A stretch of 64,000 bases of DNA from NCBI GenBank assembly GCA_000708835.1, contig DF237159.1, forward strand, positions 79,660 through 143,659. Reading direction: 5' to 3'. The notes below the pieces were generated by a model. It searched no databases and was not told where the DNA came from. It worked only from the letters and a program-made list of their open reading frames with translations. The DNA comes from Klebsormidium nitens. Its lineage: Eukaryota; Plantae; Klebsormidiophyceae. A program made the position numbers and the translations under genes. Of this stretch, positions 23,701 to 35,700 are shown piece by piece (the first letter of the stretch is position 1; each line of letters starts with the position of its first letter).

Positions 23701-26700
23701 GGAAATTCTAGGCCTCGTCCGATCCCTCACTTCTTCTTCGCAGGCGCCTTCTTCGGCAGTGGGGCCGCCTCCGGTTCCGCCGAGAAGGCCGTCATCGCGC
23801 CCTCTGCCCAGTCGGTGATGTCGCCCTTGAGGGCCAGGTTTGCGGCGACCCTGCAAACCGATCGCGCACCCAAATCAGGGGCGCGAATACACGCGTTCGT
23901 GGTTTCAGCGTGATGGAAGAGAAAGAATAAGGTTTCAACTGTGCTAATCATCGATGCTCCTGTGAAACATCTGGTCGGTGCTTTAAACGTTGTCTCGTTT
24001 GAACTTGGCTTCAAAGGTTGGGTGCCCGAAAATGCCATATGTATTCGCGGTCTCTAGGGAATCGCAAAAGGACCTAAGCCAGCTCAGATACTAGCTAAAG
24101 GATGGATGTGCAGCACTCCAAAGGGAGTCTGATTGCCTTGCAATTTTCCTTTGAACTCGGAGCACTGTAAGCTAAGTTTTCATGAAGTTGTAGCATTCCT
24201 TGTGCCTCTGAAAATATCTCGACCGAAGGTTCGGAATCCAAACACGCTATCTAATGTAGCCAGGACGCATCTTCACGGGGGCTACGACGCCAAAGGTCTA
24301 GCAAATTGTTGGGAATCAGACAAAGTAAAAGGGACGATCCCAATTGAGAAGTTTGCAAACAGCCCCTCACCTGTATCTCCCCTCCGCCACCTCGCCTTTC
24401 TTCAGCGCGACTGCCCCCAGATCCTTCGGCTCCTCCACCTTCGGCAGCAGTTCCATCCACCCCGCCAAGCCCTCCCCGGGCCTGCTGACGTCACCCCCGA
24501 CGACGCTGACGTCAGCGGCCGGGTCGACGACGTCAGCAAAGCCGGCCGTCGCGGCCGCGAGCTCCTCCTCGTCGCTGTCCGAGACCTCGGCCCGAGCGAG
24601 GCGTCCGAGGTCCGCGGCTTGGGTTAGGAACTGCCGAACCGGGTTGAAGTCGGGTTTAGGCTCTTGTTCCGTTGTTGGGGGAAGGGTTTGTTGGGCTGGA
24701 AGCGGCGGGCCTGCCTGGCTCGGTTGGGTTGGTTCGGGTTTAGAGAAACCTAATTGCTGCCCGACAATGGTTTGTGAGGAGGTTAGCAGGGCGGCTGGCA
24801 GGGAACTAGGTTGGAGAGGCGGTGTCTCCGTCCGGTCCGAATCGGCCGGCGACGCATTCAAGTCCACAAGCTTCGGCTGGGGCGGCTGCGCCGCAAAACT
24901 CGTAACCCACCCCAGATCCTGCTCCAAACCGGGGCTAAGCCCGGGTTCCCTCTCGCTGATCGGCCTCCCCGCTAACCGCGCCAGGGTCTCAAACGCGTCC
25001 TTTCCGGCCGCTCGGTGCGACGGGTGCGGAGCCACGTGGTTAGCGCTAACCACCGCGGCTGATTCCTGGTCGACTCGGATAAACCCTAACCCTTCTGGTG
25101 AGGGGACGGGCGCGGCGGGCGGTTGCGTGGTTTTCGAAAGCGTCTGCGGATGCCGCTGGGAAGCGCGCACAGCGTTCTCGAAGTCGGGGGGCAGCGCCAC
25201 GACGACGTCACCCGGGGATGACGTCACCCTCTCTAGGAGCAGCTTGGCCTGCTCCTCTGTGATCGCCGGCTGCGGTGTGAATGGGCTCTCTGGGCGGACG
25301 GACTGTGGAGGCTCGGCCGTTTCGTCGGGCTTCTTCACACCGTCGGTGCTGATAGCCGGAACGACTCCGCCTTGGTCAGGGGCCGAAGTGGAGACGACCG
25401 ATGGCGGCTCGCCAGCTGGCGGAAGGTTCAGCTCGAGCGGTTTGCTTAACCCTCCAGAATCCACCGCACTCCCCGAAGCAGCCTCGCTTTTCCGCTCAGT
25501 TTCTGCCCCTTCCGCATCATTCCCCTCTGCCTGAACGCCGACAGCTGTCGCCGGTACTTCGCCAGCTGGTTTTGAAGGGCCAACAGCTGGCGTCAAGTCC
25601 TTGACAGCTGGAACCGAGTCGCTGTCAGCTGGCGCAACGCCGTGGGCCTTCATCAAGGCGGCGTAACGCTCCCTGCACTGCTCGGGCGAGCGTTTCCTCC
25701 CCCGGTGAGGCCCCAGGTCTGGCACCCCCGCCAGCACGTCGCTTGCCACGTCCCAATTTACACCAAGCTCCACCACAGCTGAACACAGTATGACGTCCTC
25801 AGCGTGCTTCCACGGTGTGAAGTCTCTCCCGCCCCTAGACCGCTCGAACTCCGCCTTGCGCCGCCGGAAGAGCTCCAGTGTCTGGGACGGTTTGTGTAAC
25901 GTCCCCGAAGAAGGCAGTGTGAACACGCCCCCTGCTGCAGACGCTTTCTTCTGGACCGTATCCCTGCTGCCGTCCAGATCCAACGGCCCAGATTCGCCCA
26001 GCGACGCGTTTTCCCACGGGTAGCCGAAATCGAACGACCAATCTTCTCTGAGAGAGGGTGCGCCGAGCTCGGACAGCTTTTTCTTCTTGTTCTTCTTTCC
26101 AGGGGGGCCCGAGAAGGGCTCGTTTGAGCCCCCTGCGGTGAGGGTGGGCGTGAGGCGGGTGCCTTCTTCGTCCTCCACGAACTCGTCCAGGTACCTAATA
26201 GAAGGAAGAAATAGACCTTAATACCAGTCGCTAAAACCGTTTTCTACGGTAAGAGACAAAGTGAAAACAATGTACTTTCCTCTTGTCAAAGGACTCAACT
26301 TAGTAAGGAGAACGAGAAGCTGCAATACAACCGAGCGTCCACTGCAAGTAGCTGACACCGTGATGCAAAATAGGAGGACAGTTCGAACAAACAACGACAG
26401 TTCAAAAACTTCAAAGCGGCCCAGCTTAAGCAGGTGTAGCGTTTCTTTGCTTTCGTTCCTGCTGAAAGAGGGTTCCTGAGTACCTTTGATGCTCGAAATG
26501 GTGAAATGGTGCACGGACAAGATAAGCAACGCCCGTGAGAAACGCCTCACTTTGGCACCCTGCGCTTGCGCTGCGAGGGGTTTCCTGCCACTCAAGGAAC
26601 ATAGAGGCGGAGCAGTATAAAAGTAGAAGAAAAAGACTAGGCGAAAGAAACGGCAACAAAAGCAAAAGCCTGCGCGGAAAGCGACTCACTTCGGCACCTT

Positions 26701-29700
26701 GCGCTTGCGCTGCGAGGGGCTGCGCATGCCGTCGATGGGCGTGTCGTCGCCGCTGTGGCTTGAACCACGTGCGTGCCGCCGCGCCGCCGCCTCGGCCCGC
26801 TCCTGCTCGCGCCGCGCCGCTTCCTCCTCCTTCTGCTGGGCCAGGAAACGCACCTGTGACAAGAGACGCTGTGTCAGATTCCTGACCGGTTATTATTTAC
26901 TTTTTGTTTCTTGTGGTTGTGTAGTAGGGTTGGACGCGAGGAAACATCAGAGCTCAATGACGTCCAGCCGCTCCCATGTGCGCCGCGCCGCTTCCTCCTC
27001 CTAGTAATGGAAAGCGCACATCACGAAAAGAAAGTTCATGCTCTTGAAACGTTTTTTCAGAAAGAAGAAGTGGTGGATTCAGCGGGGGGACTTCGAAGAA
27101 CCGGAAAGGACGGTCCCCCTTCCATTTAACGGCTGTAACAAAGATGACGATGTAAGCGCAACGAACGGAAGGATCCATAGACAAGGCTCGTTCTTGAAAA
27201 CCTTGTCAGTGGGATTGGGAGCTGAGGCCAAGTACTGAATATGACGTAAAGTCATCAAAGGGGTTTTGACAGCTGGGCAAGCAAATGCGCAGTGTTCGCA
27301 ACTCCGTGCGCTGCAAGGAGTGCAGGCCTCACAGTATGGATGTTGCGTTTTACGAAGTCTGCTGTTTGGAGTTCAGGAAGCGATAGCTGAATAGAGCCGG
27401 CTTCGCCTTTTCAACTCCAAAAGTGCAGAGGACGCTGCCAGACCTCTTGGCCGAAAAGACTGGGTGTGCGGGTTCCGGTTCTGTCCCTTGCGAATTTAAA
27501 GAGGGCGTTGGCGGACGCGTCCGCAGTGACGTCAAGAGCGACAGACAGCCCGGAGTATCAGGTTGATTGTCGCCAGGAAATGACTTCAGCTCGATGACCA
27601 CGTAGTATCATCTTAGCAACCACATACCAGCATTCTCACTCGTATTGTCGCTGCGATTTTGTCGTATCGCCACGCCCTCTTTAAGTGGACCATAGCAACG
27701 AAAGTACAGAAGACTGAAAGTAAGCATATCTCTGTAACCCGCTAGTGTCTGCATTCTGATAGCAAAAGACTTTAGTTTCTCTTCCGCCGCAACTTAACAG
27801 AACCTTAGCCGAAGATAGCATGTCGCTCCTCTCTTTGAAGTTTCCTAGCGGAGCATCCACTGTGAGGACTCCCTCGCAGAGCTCCTTCACTAGTCATGAT
27901 AAGTGCAGCAGAATACGTACCCAAGCCGAAGACTGAGCCGAAACCCGACAGATTGAACACCCCAGACTTCTTGCATAGGATCCAGTGGCGCTGATTCCGC
28001 GCAACTGGCCAGTTCGAGCAGTAAAAATCCAGTGTCCACAAATCATGGACTTGAACCCAGACCCGAACCCAGCCCCAAACCCGACGCTCTGAAACCCCCG
28101 AACTCCTCACCCGCTCTTTGTGTTTGGCATTCTTGCGTAGGGTTAGCTTCCTCGCAACTGCCCAGATAACCAAGATCACACTTTCCCATACCATGGACCT
28201 GATATCCCAGAATCGAAACCCCAAAACTCTAAACTCCTTGAACTTCTCACCCGCTCTTCCTGCTTGGCCGTCTTGCGCAGGATCCGCTGGCGCCGCTCCT
28301 CCGCGGCCGCCTCCTCCGCCTTCTTGCGCTCGGCCTCGCGGCGCTCCGCCTCTAGTTCCGCCTCGATCTCCGCCTGGAGAAAATTCGAAGGGTCGGGACT
28401 TAGCAGAACTGAACAATGCAGTAGCCAAGCCGGATAAGCGGGCGGCCCAATAAAGTTGCACAATTCACCAAGTCAGGGCACAATGACCCAACGATAAACC
28501 CTTTGAGCATATTGGACAGAGCCGAGGGAAGGTCACAGCTAAGAATACACGCCAAATCCATACCCAGCAGAGCAATGCTTTGAACCAACGTTGTAGCCTC
28601 TTGAATTCATCTCACCCTTCTCCCAACGTCACCAGAAGCCGTATTCAAACCTCAGACATTGCATCAACGAAGTTCGACAGCTGCTCTTTCGACGTCATCC
28701 TTCGAAAGTAGACAGTGCGTAGGCTAACCTGGATCCGTTCCTCCTCCCATTGGGCCGCCAGCTCCACCTGGCGCCGGTATGCGTCGTCCGCTTGTTCCGT
28801 GTCCCAGTCTGTGAACACAATCTGTTCTTCGTCGTCGTCCACTTCCGCTTCTTGTTGGTCCTGTAAGTAAGGTTAAGGAAGTTTCGTTGGCTTGGACATA
28901 GTCTGGCAGGTTTTGAAGAGGTTCTGTTTCAGAAGAGGCGGCCCTACGCATAGTTTGCTTGCTCCGTGTCCCAGTCAGTGAACACAACGTGCTCTTCGTC
29001 ATCGTCCACTTCCGCTTCTTGTTGCTCCTGTAAGTTTTGTGAAACACTTTGCTTAGGTTAGAACAGATCTGCGAGGTTTCGGAAAGATTTTGTTTAAGAA
29101 CCGGCGCCGATATGCGTTGTCCGCTTGCTCCATGTTTCGCACAATGGGCCTCCTCGTAGTCCGTTATTGGTCCTGAAACATCGAGACATGGGTTGGTGCT
29201 CCGTAAGCATTGTATCAGCACGCGTCAGCACAAACACTGAGTCAAGCAAACAATCTAGCGACGAGGAACATCCTACACTGAGTCCGCTGCTTCCTTGTCA
29301 GGGAATCATCATAAGGAAAGGGTCACGATATCATTCACAGATCTACACACGCACTGCAGTTCTCCTGGCAGTCAAGAGTCGGCATGTAGTACGGGCAAAG
29401 TGTCGAGACTACTGCCTGGTCGCAAACCTGCGGTCCAGCCTCTCTTTCGTGCTGCTGGACCCGAGCTAGAGATTTTAACTCGCTTTCGTGTTAGAGCACG
29501 AAAGCGGGAATGAAGCTTCTTGCAAGGTGGACCTGAAGGGTGTCCGCTCCTACCATTCGACCTACCATTCTACGTTCTACCTTTTGACCTCTCCCTCGCC
29601 ACAGAACCACAAACGAAGCGAACTGCTGCGCCAGCAAAATGAAAGCGTCCTGATTTATGAGCACACAAGGCTCCAAACCGAACAGGGCCCGACGCCGATC

Positions 29701-32700
29701 GTTGAGCCATCGGAAAGAGAGGCATGGCTTAGCACGTTCTCCATGGCTGATGAACTAAGGAAGCAGTCATTCATTGTTCTTGTTGAACAGGTGTAGCTGC
29801 CAGTTAAAAGGCTCCATAATGCTAACTCCAGTCAGAAGGGCAGTCGAGCACAGGGTGAATGTGCTTCCAGCTGGTTGAAGAGAAGAAATTGTGAGAGGAA
29901 GGGCGATTCACGTTGAAGATTTTCCAGCTGGTTGATCTACAGCCACCGTTCAACCACCATGCTTGATCGTTATCATGCTTGCACCTCGTAATACATTACA
30001 AGAAGCGTAAGATGAGGCGTGAATCACCTTGAGCTTCTCCAGCTGATCCAGCTCCCACTCCTTTTGTTCGAAGTCGACCTCCGCCTGCGCCGCCTGCGGG
30101 TCGACCACGCCGAAGACGTCCTCCAAGTAATGCATCGCGTACCTGAGGAGATGAATGGTACGCAGCTGATAAACAGGAAGAGAAATCGCCCACTGATCAA
30201 ACGCTCGTGGACAACTATCTGGCAAAGCGACGGGCATTCCGGATCGAGCCCGCTGAGGACGTCAAGTAATGCATCGCGTACCTAAGAAGACGAGTGATAC
30301 GAAAGAACTCGCTCTCATTTCACCAGTCAGCCAGGGCCTGTCGGCCCTGTCCGGCGACCTGGTTCTACCAATTACGAGGCGACGCACAGGAAGAAAATGC
30401 CCACTGATCCCAGGTTAGTGAGTAGAAAACTTTCTGACGAAGGGATACGCCGCGTATGAATCCACCACGCCGAGCTCGTCCTCTCAACAGTGCACCGCAT
30501 ACTTGAAAAAAGAAGCGGACGTTGGGAGAACACTTTGAGCTGCTTCCAAAGGGTTTGTTTAACAGAAACTTGTTGGAAACTTTCTTGACATGCAATGGAG
30601 AAGACTCGCTTGCATGATTTGGGAAAAACAGAAAGCTGCTTCAATGCCCTGAGTGCAATACAATCATCAGTCCTCGCGGATTGAAGAAGCCAGTGTTCCA
30701 CGTAGGTTTGGAAGGACCAGGTTCTGAAATCGTGCAGAATTGGTTTGCAGCCTTGGGGACGTTCCACTCAACACGCGCCCTTTCGACGCACTTCCCCATC
30801 CAGTATCCCTTTTACCAGAGCCCAAATCGGAAGACAAATTACAAGTTGCAAGTTTGTTTTCTGCGAATGTCAGGATGGCTGAAATCCTCACAGTCTCCTA
30901 TTTGCTACCTCACCTTTCAATCGGCCGCAGCTGATCCTCAAACGAGAAGTTTCCGTCCTTCCCCGCGGCAGCCGCCCTCTGCTTCAAATCCCGCAGCACG
31001 TCCCCCTCCTCTTCAATCACCGCGACTTCCCCTCCCTTTGCGGGGGGGCCCTCGGCCCCTTTCGCCGCCCCCCCCTCCTCGTCGTCGTCCGCCACCGGCC
31101 CCCCCTCTTCGTTGAACTCGGCTGCGTCTTGCGCCTCTTCCTGTTCCGCCCGTTTCAGCGCCGCGTAATCTTCCTCGTCCTCCGCGCGACCAAGCGCCGC
31201 CTCGACTTCCGCGTTGGTGGGCTCTGCAGGGGCGGGTTCCGCCGGTTCCGCCGGAACGTCCGCCCGTTCCGCCGGAACGCCGCCTGCGGGCGGAACGGCG
31301 GCGTGCGTGGGCGCGGCGCCCCCGAAGAGCTCCATCGGGTCCAGCTTCTTGAAGAAGTCGGTGTTGTAGCCCCCGCTTTGGATCACAAGATCGTCGAGCG
31401 CGCGCTTCTGGTTCGCCTTCTTCAGAATATTCTCCTCGATCGTGCTCTCGCAAACTAACCGGTATATGTGCACTTCCCGCGTTTGCCCGATGCGGTGACA
31501 CCTGTCCTGCGCCTGGAGATCCATCGCGGGGTTCCAGTCGCTATCATAAAAAATGACCGTATCCGCGCCGACTAAGTTGACGCCGACCCCGCCCGACCGC
31601 GTCGACAGAATGAACAGGAAGATTTTAGGGTTTGTGTTGAAGCGCTGCATCAGGATTTGGCGCTGCTCCGGCTTTGTGCTCCCGTCGAGGCGCATGTACG
31701 TGTAGCCGTACAGGTTGATAAACGATTCCAGGTGGTCCAGCATCCTGGTCATCTGCGTGAAGATGAGCGCGCGGTGCCCGCCCGCCTTGAGCTTGCGCAG
31801 GAGCTCCGCGAGTTCTTGGAGTTTGCCGCAGTCGTACTGCAAGGGACAGGACAAAAAAAAAGGTGAGCAGGAAGGGATGATTGGGGGAAAGTGACAGGAT
31901 TTCCGAAACGCCGTCCATTTTCATCACAAGACTTCTATGAATCAAACGGCGCTGAACAAAAGGTCCACAAGCTGTCGTACTGCAAGGGACGGAAGAGGGA
32001 AAGGCTGAGCGATAGATTTGGTAGGTTCCGCAAGCCTACTCAAAGGTGTCGGGGCAGGGAGGAGCGTTTGAGATGGGGGGTAACACGAGCGGAAAACTTG
32101 GTAGGACCCCACCCCCGTCATTTCTAGTCAAGCCTTTCCTAAATACCGACTATTCCGTGAAGTCGTCCGTTCGTCTCGGCAGGCAGTGAAGTCGACCCTT
32201 CCGAAAGAAGAGTCTTGTCTCAGGGGGTTGAAATGAGTGTGAAAGAAGAGCGACCGGAGAAAGCATAAATGACGTCAGAATATGGTTCAGGCGATGAAAG
32301 TAGGCAAAGTGCTTGCATAAGTCTGAATAGGTCCTCCAGCAGACGGCGTAGCTTGCTCCCATCGGTGCACTGGAAGCTTCTGTCACAGTGCAATACCTGT
32401 GGACTTGGTGCCAAGAGTGGGAATGGAACTGCCTACTTGTGATGATATCGTGGCAAGGAGATGAAAGCAGACTGCCAAAAGCTTTTTGCAAATGCGATGC
32501 GACCCCAGCGACCGAACTTACCTGGAGCAGTCGCCGGTCCGGGAAGAACAGCTGCCGCCGCACGATTGCCTGCCGCAGGGGGGTCAGCAGCGGCGCCACC
32601 TCCCTGCTTAGCATAACCTCCCTCGTCTCGCTCGCTAACTGCTCGCTAACCCCCGGGTGGCTGCACCAGGGCCGGGGCGGGGGCGCCCTTGCCCGGGGAA

Positions 32701-35700
32701 TCGCAAACACGAACGTTTCGACCAGGTCCTGAGCCTTTTCACACCGCCCTTCCGGCGAAACGACGAGCTCCGCTAGCGCATTCGGGTAGTCGAGGTACCG
32801 GGCCGGGTTAGCGGTCAACCGGGTGACGGTCAGGGCCGGGGGGACGACTTCGACGGCCGCACGCACGTCGGCGCCAAAGACCGGCCGCCGATTGCACCGA
32901 CGCACGTTCAGCGACGCAAGGAACGCGAGCGTATCCTTCTTGCGCTGCAGCCGCTTCGCCTCGATCGCATCTCGGATCTCTTCCAACAGCGTCCGCGGTC
33001 TGCCGGGCGAAGGACCGGTACTGCTCGTCGAGGCACCGTTACCGCTCGCTGCCCTTTCGCCCTCGGTCTCGTTCGCGGTTGGGACGTTCCCAGGCGTTTC
33101 AACCACAGGGACTGCGCTCGCGGGCTTCTCAGGGCCGTCGATCTCCTCGATCAGCGGCCGAGGCGTCGCCAGCTGGCAGATCTCCTCGGCCTCCCATTGG
33201 TGCATTCCCTCCAGGTCGATGAGCCGCATATTGAGCGCGTCGAGGTCAAGGGACGTCAGCGGGTGCGGTTTGAGGGCGTTGATGACGTCACTGCTGAGCT
33301 GGGGGGAGATTTGGGGCATGTCGTATGCGGATACGATGGGGCGGCCCTCGAAGAGGTCCGGGTGGTTGCACACCTGCGGAAAGCAAAGTAGGACTTTTTT
33401 TTGTGAACATGCTCCCGTGACTACTCGATTTTGCAGCCAAATACTAGAAGTGGTTCGAACTCGGTTGCATTAACTCATGGTGCCGAGAGTTGGTCCAAAG
33501 CTGCGGGGAGAGTGACGCAACGCCGTCAGTAAATCTTTGTTGCCCTTATTCAACGGGAACATGACCTCTCAAAACTACACGTGACGGGTTTAACTGGTTG
33601 GGATACGGAGGACAAACGTTGGCGCCCTTCGAAAGGTCGCATCATTGAAGATTGCAGAAATGTGAAGAGAATGGTAGGGTCCCTGTTTATAAGTTTGTCA
33701 ACTCTCTGATTTCAGCTTTGGGCACTTCATGATCCGGTCCCAACCGAAAGGCAGCAGAAGTGTTAGCAACAGCGACCCAGGAAAGAGTTCAAAAGATACA
33801 ATCCTCATGAGAACGTTAATAAATGAGCACCAAAAAGTCCCCTAACGCGAGCACGGCCTTTCAACTTACCAATCTCATCTCCAGAATGGTCCTGAAGATT
33901 TTGAAGATACTAAAGAATCGCAACCCTCCTCAACTTGGAATCACGGAAAACCGAAGAACGAAAGCGCCTTTGAAAGAGAAACCAACTGCAACCTTTTTCT
34001 GGAAAGGAAGACTCATCGCACTCCTCTCCCGAAAGGAACAACGCAATCCCGTTGTTCCTCTCCAAAAGAAAGAGCGCATGCCCAAACTTCCTCAACATGG
34101 ACACATGAGAATTGCAAAATCCTCCCCACCTTGCGCAGCTGCATGAGCACGTTGATGAGCCCCAGAAAGTTGCCCGACGCGAGCGTGGCCTGCGTGTCCG
34201 ACGACGCCATAAAGTCCTCGTACAGGTTGCGCTGCCGCTTGGACAGCCGGCACTTGATCACGTGCTCGAACTTGCCCGGAAGCTGCTTCTCGACGTCCTG
34301 CTTGAGGCGTCGAAGCAGGAACGGCCGCAGGATGGAGTGCAGCCGTTCGACGAGCTCCTTGTTGATCTGCAGATTGAAGGTGGCCAATAAATGCCTTATC
34401 TGAATGCCGTTTGAGAGGAGTCTGCCGGCTCAAAGTGTTCTTCGTTGGTCGTCAAAGAAGGCCGGACCTCAGAATGGGGTGTAAACATTCGACGAGCTGC
34501 TATAGGGACCCGAAACGCCCACTTATGCCGCGGTCAGACACAAAGTGAACTGATAAATTGGGTAAGCATACCAAGAAACGAAACGATGATTCTTCGCGTG
34601 ATCTTTGATATCTTACAACCCAAAACACTGAGAACTCAACAGTATCATCAGGATTCAGCTTTTTGGGGTCCTAGGGTTTGGTGATTCTGAAGGGACCTGC
34701 TGAGCGCCTTGGATCATGCTGTCGAGCAACTCAGAGGAACTAATCGGATTCAGAGAAGCCAACCCGGAACAGACAAGGGAAAAGTGAAAGAAGAAGGTGA
34801 CACCAATTATCTTTGACGAGCAACCCGACTGAAACAGAAGAAAAGGCCCCAGAACAGTGGCCCTGACCTGCTCCGCGCCCTCGACCATGCCGTTGAGCGG
34901 GTTGGAGAACCAGTCGCGGAACTCCTGGTGGGACTGGAACACGTGCGGCATCAGAAAGTGCATCAGGGACCACAGCTCCATCAGGTCGTTCTGGAGCGGC
35001 GTCCTGCACAGAGTGTTCAAGAACAAGGTTAGTGAAGGCACGGGTGTGAATGAGAAAGCACTCAGCTCTTCAATCCTGCACTCGCCTACTTGCACTATAG
35101 CGGGAGGGCGTGAGGCATCAGGAAGACAACATGGATCATAGCTCCATTGGGTTGTTCCGTAACTAACATTAGCACTGGGAAAGGGGTTGCGTCTAAAGCT
35201 AGAAGGAGACGGGAAACTCGTGAAAGCTTTGAGCACGATCCACCACTTAGCGAGAAGCTGAAGAATCACTCTTCACCATAAAAGCAGACTGGACAGAGAA
35301 GTTGCAAAGAACCTCACATTGTCAGACACTCTTCTACAAGGTGTTCTATGTATCAAACTGCCAAACTTAGTCTCTGGGTTGACCAGTATAGTCAAAACAA
35401 CAACCAACCAAGGGGTACCTCAGAAACCTGATCCAATCGAAATCTTTAAATCAAAACTTGTATGAAAGTGTCCAGAAGAGCAGCTGGGTTGACCACAAAC
35501 CTGAAACACCACCAAAGGACAACCAAATTCTTAACGAAGAGCTTATAACCTCACCCGGTGAGCAGGATGCGCCGCTTGGAGTTGAAGTTGAGCAGCACCT
35601 GCCACCGCTGGCTCCTCCAATTCTTGATCATATGCGCCTCGTCCAGGATCAAATACCGCCACTTCTTCCGCTTGAACATCTTCTGGTCCTGGATCACAAG

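Noticed and set aside
25080-25092. AAACCCTAA telomere-like/telo-box word (similar words near 21410 and 34670)
   Set aside because: Single copies within coding or intronic DNA; no array.
24344-25534. 396-aa plus-strand ORF (and similar 40787-42043, 36182-36931, 32823-33473, 53593-54261)
   Set aside because: Antisense shadows of GC-rich PIE1/CHK exons; stop-poor because of composition.
33450-33470. GGTTCGAACTC T-loop-like tRNA word
   Set aside because: No cloverleaf, D-arm or acceptor stem around it.
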